From NCBI GenBank assembly GCA_032718475.1, contig JAUCBJ010007421.1, positions 1 through 33,423 of the forward strand: a DNA stretch of 33,423 bases, read 5' to 3'. The DNA comes from Nemertoderma westbladi (Eukaryota > Animalia > Xenacoelomorpha). Positions within the stretch are counted from its first letter, which is position 1. Each line of letters starts with the position of its first letter. The notes under the pieces were generated by a model that ran no database searches, had not been told where the DNA came from, and saw only the letters and a list, made by a program, of their open reading frames with translations. Of this stretch, positions 21,911 to 33,423 are shown one piece after another. The position numbers and the translations under genes were made by a program.

Positions 21911-22229
21911 TCAACATCGCCCAAAAACGGCTCATCGTCAGAAGAAAATCGAATCTCTTCCTGAGGGGTTTCCAGTACCGGTGTATCATTAACTGGTATA
22001 GTCTCTTCTTGAAACCCGTCAAACAGACCATATACATCTCTTACTGTAGCCATTGTTTATATTATAACAACTCACTGTTTCTAGCGAAAATCTATTCTAA
22101 TTTTATACAGAAAATAATTATTTGTATTTAAGAAATCATAAAGTCAGGCAATAAATATTCGATGAAACCGATCAATTTGATTTTCCCGCTATTATTTACA
22201 TTAACCAATCAGTCAATTTCATTCACTTT

Positions 22230-22500
22230 ATGGACTTGGGACGTTTTAAAGCTCCTATCAATGAGCTATATTTGATTTATGTCATTATCTTAGGACGGTT
22301 TTGTGGTGCTTGGGACATTTTGAAACAAACTCATTATGAAGTTTGGCGCTTGGGCGGTTTTTATTTAGTTAATAACTCTACTACTGATGAAGCTATTGCC
22401 AAGCCGTTTACAGACTAAGGTGTGTTTACCTCGCTGAATATTTTAATATCAAAAAGTGATTTTTTGGAAAGTTGGCGCTTGGGACCTTTTGAAAAATATC
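22230..22500. repeat. Cluster of short direct motifs, possibly transposon subterminal repeats
   Basis: About five copies resembling GG(C/T)GCTTGGG(A)CnTTTT near 22230, 22290, 22305, 22345 and 22474. Confidence 0.5.
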
Positions 22501-22795
22501 CGTCGACATAATCAATCAATAAACCTGAGTTAATAATGTTAACCAAACATCCAATGTAGCAGTGCCAAACCAGGCGATAAGTGGTGCATAACAAAATAAT
22601 TATCAAATAGAACAAAATATACCAACCAGTCTGTATAATTAGAAATTTGTATGAAATGTTGAACATTTACAATATAAACTAGAACAGGTTCAGTCACTTA
22701 TTGCACGGTGTACGAAAACTACTTAATATTATTTGGGGATTTATGAGCACATAATCCTAGTAAATACACAAACAGCCTAATATCAATTGGCATAA

Positions 22796-23507
22796 GAACC
22801 TCCTATAAATGACATCACTCCTTATTCAGGGACACCCCCCCCCCCTCCTCGATACCAATTTTTACAAAACAGTTAAATCCCCTTCGTCAATTTTCTAAAT
22901 ATAACAACTCTACTACATACTAGTCATATATAATTAATATCATTGAGAATAACGCTGCAAAGTGGTACTTTGCATAGATGTATGAGGTTAACACCAGAGC
23001 GCTGATAAGTTGATATAATGTAACAAAATTACGTACATCATTTTATATAAATTTGGCTATTCAGAGTTAAAAGACACCTCGTGTATTTATTATAAACGTG
23101 CCTCGTTGCGCTCGCTCGTACATAATACACTCGATGATACTTTGAATGACAATTATGGAAATTGTCATTCCATCAAAAAACCGCCTTAATTGGCAATATA
23201 TTATAAATTCAAAACATATGATCAATTTTTAAACACAATTCCACAACCTAGTTCGGGCTCGGAAATTTGGGAGCTTCCCAATATTATTATTAAATGGATT
23301 CTCAAAAGTTTGTGAATTTAGACCATTGCCACGGTAACTTGTTTGAATGATAATGTTGATGCTAAAATTATAGGGGGAATGTGATGTTTACAGCTACATA
23401 TTATATATCCGTTAGTGACCTGGGACAACACTACTACCGCCCCCCACCCCGTCGTCACGAAATAGCGGTCCTTCCTTCACAAGCAGTCGTCATTTATGGA
23501 TGGCCTT
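22796..23507. mobile_element. PIF/Harbinger-type MITE-like element (degenerate)
   Basis: Left GAACCTCCTATAAATGACATC versus the reverse complement of the right end, AGGCCATCCATAAATGACGAC. TAA flanks on both sides and subterminal poly-C tracts. Confidence 0.45.
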
Positions 23508-23883
23508 TAACCTGAGTTAATACACAACGACAACCTAACTAGCAATTAATTCCAGTAATTACACAAACCTAAAAACCAATACTGCAGTAATTATAAATTG
23601 TACTCAGTTGCATAGCAAAAACAAACTCACGATTCCGTAGACAAAAAAATAAACAACAATAAGTAACCTTTTTCAATTCTCCTCAAATTTGAAATAATTA
23701 AATTGACGAGGAAAAACAATTTTCAACAAATTAAATGACAATTAAACAACTTATAACCGTCCGAAAAACAACGTAATTTCCTTTAACTGTTTGTAATTCA
23801 AATGCTTTTGGTGCGATAAAAAACACAATGTAATCGATTAATAAACAATTTCAATATTCTAGGAATAAGAGACAGCGGCGCAC

Positions 23884-26800
23884 TTAGAAGGATCCATGGG
23901 AACTCCCTCTAGCGCCATCTTGAGGCCCATACCCGGTACTCCATAAGTGAACGGATTGGTTGGTAGGCGACCGGTGCCCAACAGGGGAGCTGTGGAGGTA
24001 ACTTCCGTTATGGGAGCACGCAGACGCCCCCAGGCGGCTCTGAGGCGAAATAAACCCGGGAGTGTACTCGGGTTGAGACTTCAACGTGGCCGGCTTCATA
24101 TAAAGGTAACCCAAAGCCAAGCCGATGCAAGTAAGGACCATCATTAGGAGGAAGAACCATATATCCGACCACGATGATAGGATCTCGTGCATTAAACCGC
24201 CCCGTCTGTGTTGGTAGACCAACGGAGAGACCATCGCACCGGACTGTTTGTACTCGACAGTGATGGTCTCTGTGTGGCCGGTAACCCCGCAGGTCAGCGT
24301 GAGCACCAACGGGGCCCGTTCGTGATGCACGATCTCCCGGGCGTAGACCGGGATGGTGAGAGTGTGCGTGGGTTCGTCGTACTGGAACGCGCCGAGCGAG
24401 ACCCAACCGGGGACACTCTCGCCAATCCGAAGGGAGTCCGCAACCAAACGAGTCCCACAGAGAGTTATGTGTCCCAACGGCTCCTCGGACGAGAGAATAA
24501 CGGAAGAGGATGACATAACGAACTTGGGATGAAACGGGAGGGAGATAACGGAGGAAGCGACGGTGGGTTGGTTGCGTGCGTTCCCAACGAGAGTCGCCTG
24601 TAAGTTGATCTGGGAGTCCAGACTGGCTGAAAGAGAAGAGGTCCGAGTCTCAAGACTAACTGAGCATACAAACTGCAATGAGGCGGTGTCGAACTGCGCG
24701 GCGCTGACCACGGAGACGCTTCGGGAAGCGGCGATGTTCTCGATCCACGCCCGGCACGTAAAGGGAAGCTGTTGGAACAACAACGCGTTGAGTTTGGCCC
24801 CGGAACAGTCGCCGAATATGTGGACGTCGTCTTTAGTGGCGGAATGGAAAATAACGGGGAACAAATACTCGCGTTCCTTATCGCTGACGAAGTTGTTTAA
24901 TGAGTTGGTTTGGAAGGAAACCGACACGACCGGCTGGATATCTACGGGTTTGTGGAGTTCGAGCGGAGTGGCGCCGGCGGTCGGAAGTTTAAGGGAGACG
25001 CGAACCGAAGCCGGTTCCCGTAGCAGAGCCATCCCGGTACGGGAGTCCACATCGATGGAGTCGGAGTCGGTAGCGCTCCACTGTCCATCCCCAACCGGGC
25101 AGGAGAAGCAGACCAGGTCCATAACCGAGTAGCTCGAGTCGGAGGGAGACAGCCAATCAGCGACGCGAATCGGGATGTAGTCGGCCAACTCGGTGGATCC
25201 GTTGGGTTGGAGAGACCCGTCGGGTTGGGTGGACCCATCGACGGGTTCCCACACTTTGAGTATAGCGACCCCGACAGACCCGGCGCGCCACTCCGTGCGG
25301 ACTCCGGCGCGGGGTCCGGCGCCGACAACCTGGACCACGTCCGTGTCGTCCACCGCCACCTCGACGCGTCCTCTGTGGGCATCGAACCCGCGCCCCAGGG
25401 CGTCCTGGTAGCGAACGCCCACCGCCACGGCGCTCCCCAACGGCGACGAACCAGACGCGACACCCCCGGTATCCATGGTAACGAGTCGCGAGAAGTCGAC
25501 GAACGCCGCGACCATATAAACCTTATCGACTCGGATATCGAGAACCATAGAATCGTTAAAGCCGCGGGACTGGGACCCGATGACGCGAACCAGTTGCGAA
25601 CCGACGCCATCCTTAGCCGTGACCACTCCGTCCTTACTGATCGTCACCAGGTCACCGCCATCTTGCGGCAGTGTTTCGTACACGAGTCGCTCGGGGTAGT
25701 TAGCCGAGCCTCGCAGCGGGAATTCAGAGCCGGGCGACATGGTCAACCTGCAAACGGAACCGCAAGGAGCGGGAAACTCCAACCGAGGTACCACCTGGAC
25801 GAGGGCGGAAGCCGATAACACCGTCCCGCCGCCAGGGGGCGTCACCTCCACAACTAGTCGGACCTCCCCGGCGGTAACCCCTAGCAACCGCACAGCGAAG
25901 TCCTCCGGTTGCTTGGAGACGGATGGCTCGACCACCGATTGGATGCGAGCGGTGCTCGGGTTAGAAACGTGCCACTTAAACGAGATCGCCGAGAGCAAAC
26001 CGGAGAATATAAAGGGGGAATCAAATTCCCCGAGTCCCTTTACGTAAACCGGGAGGAGCTGATCGACGAGGACGACGGCAGACGGGAGTTTAATGGAAAC
26101 CCCGTCGAGGAGTTTAACGTGGACGGCGACCGCGGCGCTGGTGTAGACGACGGATTCGTCGGAGAGCGAAACGGAGGAGCACCTAATCGCGGTGACGCCG
26201 ATATCGGAGGCGCGGAGGAGTCCGTCACTGGAAACGGAAGATACTCGGGGTTCCTCCGAGGAGAATATAATCCGGGAGTTGGTGGGAGGTCCGCCGTGGG
26301 CCCGGAGTCGGAGACGGCCGCCCGGGAGGAGAGAGACCCGCGGGGGCTGAACGGAGAGCGGAGGGAACACGACGACCTCCAGGGAGGAGCTCGATATACC
26401 CTGTGTCTCCACACTCAACCACCCGGTACCTACAGCCGCCGCCCGCACGCGAACCACGCCGTCAACCTCCTCGAGGACATCGACAACCTCGAGGTAACTG
26501 TTCACCACAGTTTTAAGATCCATGAGATGGTAGAGAGAGGCGTCCATTAGGCGTCCCTGCGTGTTACTAACCCGGACTCGCACATCCAACTCGCGGCCAA
26601 CCATAACCGTAGTGGCGGAATCGATTCGGATCGAACCGATTCCCCAGACATCCACCGAGAGTTCGACGAATCCCGACTTACCGGCGACGCACAAGTCGGT
26701 CACAGACAGAACGATAGACCCGTCCGAGATCGGAACAACAGTTAGTTTACCGTCCTTGTTGCTATGCCAGTATTCTAGAACGGATGAGTTGCTGGCGATA

Positions 26801-28241
26801 ACGTTGAAGTAACCTGAACCACCAGAAACTTTGGTTGTGAACTTACTGGAGGGATGATTGAAGAGTGAGATACTCCGGGGATCGAGCGAGATCGGGTTCA
26901 CAACGAGGAGTTTCAGTTTATCGCAGATCGGAAAGTTTACTCCTTTCGAGTTGATCTTCGTTTTATATTTAGTCAGACAGGCTGTAACGGTAACGGGTTG
27001 GCCAACCCGGTCACCGACGGTCAACTCCTCCCCTACCAGCTCAGCCGCCCCGTCTACGGTCCACCTGGTCGTCAGGGAGGACAGGTTGAGCATCGGTCGA
27101 CCGCGGTCGTCGAACCCCCGGAACGAGAGCCGAACCCGCGAGCTGCGGACCACGTGGATCGAGTCGCGGGATTCCTCGGGGCACGAGGGTTTAACCGCGT
27201 TGTCCGCGGCCTCCAGTCTCAGGACCACGCGCGTTGGATGGACGCAGACCACGTCGACGGCGGAGCGCGACCGCGCGGGGTCCCGGTTCAACGGGGAGAC
27301 CCGGTTGCCGACCTCCACGGCGAACCGGAAGGACTCCGTCTCCGAGCAACCCAACGAGACCATGTGGATTCCGTCGGGGTCGGTTCCCGCCGAGTCGGAA
27401 CGGACCGGATCGCCGGACTCCCGCGTTCGGAACGAAGTCACCCGGAAGGTAGACGGGTCGTGTAGCCATGGCAACGGGCCCCCGGACAGTCGAAGCGGCA
27501 ACGCGGTACCCGGCGGCACGCTGACCGTCCCATCGCCATCCAGCGGGAGCTCCAGGAACCGCAGTGGGTGGAACCCCGCGAGAGTAACTCGGTCGCTTAG
27601 CAACCGGTTGGATCCGGGGAGTTTCAGCGAGACGGTCGCCGTGGTGAAACCGGGGGCTAGTGACGTCAACGGTAGCCCGGAGCAACCCGAATCTGAGGGC
27701 GAGAGAACGGATTCGGAGGATCGGAAGACGGGAGGAGAGGCGGTGAGTTCGAGAGAGAAACTGAGACCACGGCAGTCGGAGACCGGGAGTTTATGTCCGT
27801 CGTCTGTGGCAACCAGCAACCCAACGGGTAACAGTAACTCGGTACCCACCTCCGCCTCAACTCGACTAGCGTTCAGTACTAACTCGCTAGGCTCGTCCAC
27901 CGCAACCATAGACTCAGCGACGCGGTTTTCGGAGTCCTTTACAACCACCCTAGTGCGCCCCCTAGCCCCAGCCGTGGTTACCGTTCCCGTGTCATCCACT
28001 CTGCACACCTTGCTGTCCTCCACGTACCAGTGGTAGTCTCCCGTGCCGCCCGTCGCCGCTAGGGTGCGGCTGTAGGGTGTCTCGCGTTTCGGTAACCATG
28101 GGAACGCTAATAGATTGGGTCGCAATGTGAGCGGGTCGAATACATCGAAGGAAGCCGTTGCTACAACCGGCGGCCGTAGGAAATAGATGGAGTTATCCTC
28201 AAGAACGATGGATGCAAATTGGGCTTCCACTATTAGTTTAC
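23884..28241 (-). CDS. NUP210: Nuclear pore membrane glycoprotein gp210 (NUP210), 4358-bp terminal coding exon; the N-terminal exon(s) lie beyond the window
   Basis: PLTLRPNLLAFPW..TGGTGDYHW, GGPLPW, GGSGYF and GGP Ig-like repeat motifs, one C-terminal TM (WFFLLMMVLTCIGLALGYLY), and an SP-rich tail with LWS. No signal peptide. Acceptor TTGTTTGTTTAG| precedes GT AAA CTA ATA GTG GAA GCC (xKLIVEAQF, phase 1). Confidence 0.93.
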
Positions 28242-31200
28242 CTAAACAAACAATAAAGTTTCCACTATAAGTTTACCTAAAAAAACAATAAAGTTCCACT
28301 ATTAGTTTACCTAAACAAACAATAAAGTTTCCATTATAAGTTTACCTAAAAAAACAATAAAGTTCCACTATTAGTTTACCTAAACAAACAATAAAGTTTC
28401 CACTATTAGTTTACCTAAACAAACAAAAAAGTTTCCACTATTAGTTTACCTAAACAAACAATAAAGTTTGCACTATTAGTTTACCTAAACAAACAATAAA
28501 GTTTACACTATTAGTTTACCTAAAAAAACAATAAAGTTCCACTATTAGTTTACCTAAACAAACAATAAAGTTTTCACTATTAGTTGACCTAAACAAACAA
28601 TAAAGTTTCCACTATTAGTTTACCTAAACAAACAATAAAGTTTCCACTATTAGTTTACCTAAACAAACAATAAAGTTTCCACTATTAGTTTACCTAAACA
28701 AACAATAAAGTTTCCACTATTGGTTTACCTAAACAAACAATAAAGTTTCCACTATTAGTTTACCTAAACAAACAATAAAGTTTCCACTATTAGTTTACCT
28801 AAAAAAACAATAAAGTTCCACTATTAGTTTACCTAAACAAACAATAAAGCTTCCACTATTAGTTTACCTAAACAAACATTAAAAGCTTCCACTATTAGTT
28901 TACCTAAACAAACAATAAAGCTTCCACTATTAGTTTACCTAAAAAAACAATAAAGTTTCCACTATTAGTTTACCTAAACAAACAATAAAGTTTACACTAT
29001 TATTAGTTCACCAAAACAAACAATAAAGTTTCCACTATTAGTTTACCTAAACAAACAATAAAGTTTCCACTATTAGTTTACCTAAACAAACAATAAAGTT
29101 TCCATATTAGTTTACCTAAACAAACAATAAAGTTTCCACTATTAGTTTACCTAAACAAACAATAAAGTTTCCACTATTAGTTTACCTAAAAAAACAATAA
29201 AGTTCCACTATTAGTTTACCTAAACAAACAATAAAGCTTCCACTATTAGTTTACCTAAACAAACATTAAAAGCTTCCACTATTAGTTTACCTAAACAAAC
29301 AATAAAGCTTCCACTATTAGTTTACCTAAAAAAACAATAAAGTTCCACTATTAGTTTACCTAAACAAACAATAAAGCTTCCACTATTAGTTTACCTAAAC
29401 AAACATTAAAAGCTTCCACTATTAGTTTACCTAAACAAACAATAAAGTTTCCACTATTAGTTTACCTAAAAAAACAATAAAGTTCCACTATTAGTTTACC
29501 TAAACAAACAATAAAGCTTCCACTATTAGTTTACCTAAACAAACATTAAAAGCTTCCACTATTAGTTTACCTAAACAAACAATAAAGTTTCCACTATTAG
29601 TTTACCTAAAAAAACAATAAAGTTCCACTATTAGTTTACCTAAACAAACAATAAAGTTTCCACTATTAGTTCACCAAAACAAACAATAAAGTTTCCACTA
29701 TTAGTTTACCTAAACAAACAATAAAGCTTCCACTATTAGTTTACCTAAACAAACAATAAAGTTTCCACTATTAGTTTACCTAAACAAACAATAAAGTTTC
29801 CACTATTAGTTTACCTAAACAAACAATAAAGTTTCCACTATTAGTTTACCTAAACAAACAATAAAGTTTCCACTATTAGTTTACCTAAACAAACAATAAA
29901 GTTTCCACTATTAGTTTACCTAAACAAACAATAAAGTTTCCCCTGTTAGTTTACCTAAACAAATAATAACGTTTCCACTATTAGTTTACCTAAACAAATA
30001 ATAAAGTTTCCACTATTAGTTTACCTAAACAAACAATAAAGTTTCCACTATTAGTTTACCTAAACAAACAATAAAGCTTCCACTATTAGTTTACCTAAAC
30101 AAACAATAAAGCTTCCACTATTAGTTTACCCAAACAAACAATAAAGCTTCCACTATTAGTTTACCTAAACAAACAATAAAGTTTCCACTATTAGTTTACC
30201 TAAACAAACAATAAAGTTTCCACTATTAGTTTACCTAAACAAACAATAAAGTTTCCACTATTAGTTTACCTAAACAAACAATAAAGTTTCCCCTGTTAGT
30301 TTACCTAAACAAATAATAACGTTTCCACTATTAGTTTACCTAAACAAACAATAAAGTTTCCACTATTAGTTTACCTAAACAAACAATAAAGCTTCCACTA
30401 TTAGTTTACCCAAACAAACAATAAAGCTTCCACTATTAGTTTACCTAAACAAACAATAAAGTTTCCACTATTAGTTTACCTAAACAAACAATAAAGCTTC
30501 CACTATTAGTTTACCTAAACAAACAATAAAGCTTCCACTATTAGTTTACCTAAACAAACAATAAAGCTTCCACTATTAGTTTACCTAAACAAACAATAAA
30601 GCTTCCACTATTAGTTTACCTAAACAAACAATAAAGCTTCCACTATTAGTTTACCTAAACAAACAATAAAGCTTCCACTATTAGTTTACCTAAACAAACA
30701 ATAAAGTTTCCACTATTAGTTTACCTAAAAAAACAATAAAGTTCCACTATTAGTTTACCTAAACAAACAATAAAGCTTCCACTATTAGTTTACCTAAACA
30801 AACATTAAAAGCTTCCACTATTAGTTTACCTAAACAAACAATAAAGTTTCCACTATTAGTTTACCTAAACAAACAATAAAGTTTCCACTATTAGTTTACC
30901 TAAACAAACAATAAAGCTTCCACTATTAGTTTACCTAAACAAACAATAAAGTTTCCACTATTAGTTTACCTAAACAAACAATAAAGTTTCCACTATTAGT
31001 TTACCTAAAAAAACAATAAAGTTCCACTATTAGTTTACCTAAACAAACAATAAAGCTTCCACTATTAGTTTACCTAAACAAACATTAAAAGCTTCCACTA
31101 TTACTATTAGTTTACCTAAACAAACAATAAAGCTTCCACTATTAGTTTACCTAAAAAAACAATAAAGTTCCACTATTAGTTTACCTAAACAAACAATAAA

Positions 31201-33423
31201 GCTTCCACTATTAGTTTACCTAAACAAACATTAAAAGCTTCCACTATTAGTTTACCTAAACAAACAATAAAGTTTCCACTATTAGTTTACCTAAAAAAAC
31301 AATAAAGTTCCACTATTAGTTTACCTAAACAAACAATAAAGCTTCCACTATTAGTTTACCTAAACAAACATTAAAAGCTTCCACTATTAGTTTACCTAAA
31401 CAAAAAATAAAGTTTCCACTATTAGTTTACCTAAACAAACAATAAAGTTTCCACTATTAGTTTACCTAAACAAACAATAAAGTTTCCACTATTAGTTTAC
31501 CTAAACAAACAATAAAGTTTCCACTATTAGTTTACCTAAACAAACAATAAAGTTTCCCCTGTTAGTTTACCTAAACAAATAATAACGTTTCCACTATTAG
31601 TTTACCTAAACAAATAATAAAGTTTCCACTATTAGTTTACCTAAACAAACAATAATGTTTCCACTATTAGTTTACCTAAACAAACAATAAAGTTTCCACT
31701 ATTAGTTTACCTAAACAAACATTAAAAGCTTCCACTATTACTATTAGTTTACCTAAACAAACAATAAAGCTTCCACTATTAGTTTACCTAAACAAACAAT
31801 AAAGTTCCACTATTAGTTTACCTAAACAAACAATAAAGCTTCCACTATTAGTTTACCTAAACAAACATTAAAGCTTCCACTATTAGTTTACCTAAACAAA
31901 CAATAAAGTTTCCACTATTAGTTTACCTAAAAAAACAATAAAGTTCCACTATTAGTTTACCTAAACAAACAATAAAGCTTCCACTATTAGTTTACCTAAA
32001 CAAACAATAAAGCTTCCACTATTAGTTTACCTAAACAAAAAATAAAGTTTCCACTATTAGTTTACCTAAACAAACAATAAAGTTTCCACTATTAGTTTAC
32101 CTAAACAAACAATAAAGTTTCCACTATTAGTTTACCTAAACAAACAATAAAGTTTCCACTATTAGTTTACCTAAACAAACAATAAAGTTTCCACTATTAG
32201 TTTACCTAAACAAACAATAAAGTTTCCACTATTAGTTTACCTAAACAAATAATAAAGTTTCCACTATTAGTTTACCTAAACAAACAATAAAGTTTCCACT
32301 ATTAGTTTACCTAAACAAATAATAAAGTTTCCACTATTAGTTTACCTAAACAAACAATAAAGTTTCCACTATTAGTTTACCTAAACAAACAATAAAGTTT
32401 CCACTATTAGTTTACCTAAACAAACAATAAAGTTTCCACTATTAGTTTACCTAAACAAACAATAAAGTTTCCACTATTAGTTTACCTAAACAAATAATAA
32501 AGTTTCCACTATTAGTTTACCTAAACAAATAATAAAGCTTCCACTATTAGTTTACCTAAACAAACAATAAAGTTTCCACTATTAGTTTACCTAAACAAAC
32601 AATAAAGTTTCCACTATTAGTTTACCTAAACAAACAATAAAGCTTCCACTATTAGTTTACCTAAACAAACAATAAAGCTTCCACTATTAGTTTACCTAAA
32701 CAAACAATAAAGCTTCCACTATTAGTTTACCTAAACAAACAATAAAGTTTCCACTATTAGTTTACCTAAACAAACAATAAAGCTTCCACTATTAGTTTAC
32801 CTAAACAAACAATAAAGCTTCCACTATTAGTTTACCTAAACAAACAATAAAGCTTCCACTATTAGTTTACCTAAACAAACAATAAAGCTTCCACTATTAG
32901 TTTACCTAAACAAACAATAAAGCTTCCACTATTAGTTTACCTAAACAAACAATAAAGCTTCCACTATTAGTTTACCTAAACAAACAATAAAGCTTCCACT
33001 ATTAGTTTACCTAAACAAACAATAAAGCTTCCACTATTAGTTTACCTAAACAAACAATAAAGCTTCCACTATTAGTTTACCCAAACAAACAATAAAGTTT
33101 ACACTATTAGTTTACCCAAACAAACAATAAAGTTTCCACTATTAGTTTACCTAAACAAACAATAAAGTTTCCACTATTAGTTCACCTAAACAAACAATAA
33201 AGCTTCCACTATTAGTTTACCTAAACAATCAATAAAGCTTCCACTATTAGTTTACCTAAACAAACAATAAAGTTTCCACTATTAGTTTACCTAAACAAAC
33301 AATAAAGCTTCCACTATTAGTTTACCTAAACAAACAATAAAGCTTCCACGATTAGTTTACCTAAACAAACAATAAAGTTTCCACTATTAGTTTACCTAAA
33401 CAAACAATAAAGCTTCCACTATT
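28223..33423. repeat. 35-bp tandem array (~148 copies, runs off the window end) overlapping the NUP210 intron/exon junction
   Basis: Plus-strand unit TTCCACTATTAGTTTACCTAAACAAACAATAAAG(T/C). Minus-strand unit GTAAACTAATAGTGGAA(A/G)CTTTATTGTTTGTTTAG. 34- and 36-bp variants occur. Confidence 0.99.

Noticed and set aside
23947-28036. Many antisense and alternative-frame ORFs over NUP210 (e.g. 26858..28036 +)
   Set aside because: Expected shadows of a GC-rich coding exon; no recognisable motifs.
28228-28230. GTG start codon for NUP210
   Set aside because: gp210 needs an N-terminal signal peptide and several hundred more residues. The ORF begins at a splice acceptor 11 nt upstream.
28223-33423. 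CRISPR array or telomere interpretation of the 35-bp repeat
   Set aside because: No unique spacers, no cas genes and a eukaryotic context. The unit is not a short G-rich telomeric motif and is explained by the NUP210 junction.

Overview
AT-rich animal (invertebrate-like) nuclear genomic DNA. It has three recognisable conserved genes on the minus strand, all with unusually few introns: an ABHD1/2/3-family alpha/beta hydrolase, the mitochondrial CoA carrier SLC25A42, and a 4.36-kb terminal exon of nucleoporin NUP210/gp210. These sit among transposon debris: the 3' end of a probable LTR element, several MITEs, a SINE-like copy, and an RTE LINE apparently nested in another LINE. Three things are not visible in the ORF track. 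(1) A two-exon gene (7624-7501 joined to 6587-6382, minus strand) encodes a 109-aa signal/propeptide/KR/8-cysteine precursor that looks like an unrecognised toxin or defence peptide. (2) A >5-kb array of 35-bp units is the NUP210 splice-acceptor junction amplified about 148 times. Every unit reads GT...CTAAT...polyY...AG, and use of a typical 35-nt upstream copy gives an in-frame stop. (3) An accessory triple-CCHC ORF lies just before a putative LTR, and its third knuckle is completed only by a +1 shift at TCT-TAA-A. No database searches were run; family calls come from recognised motifs.
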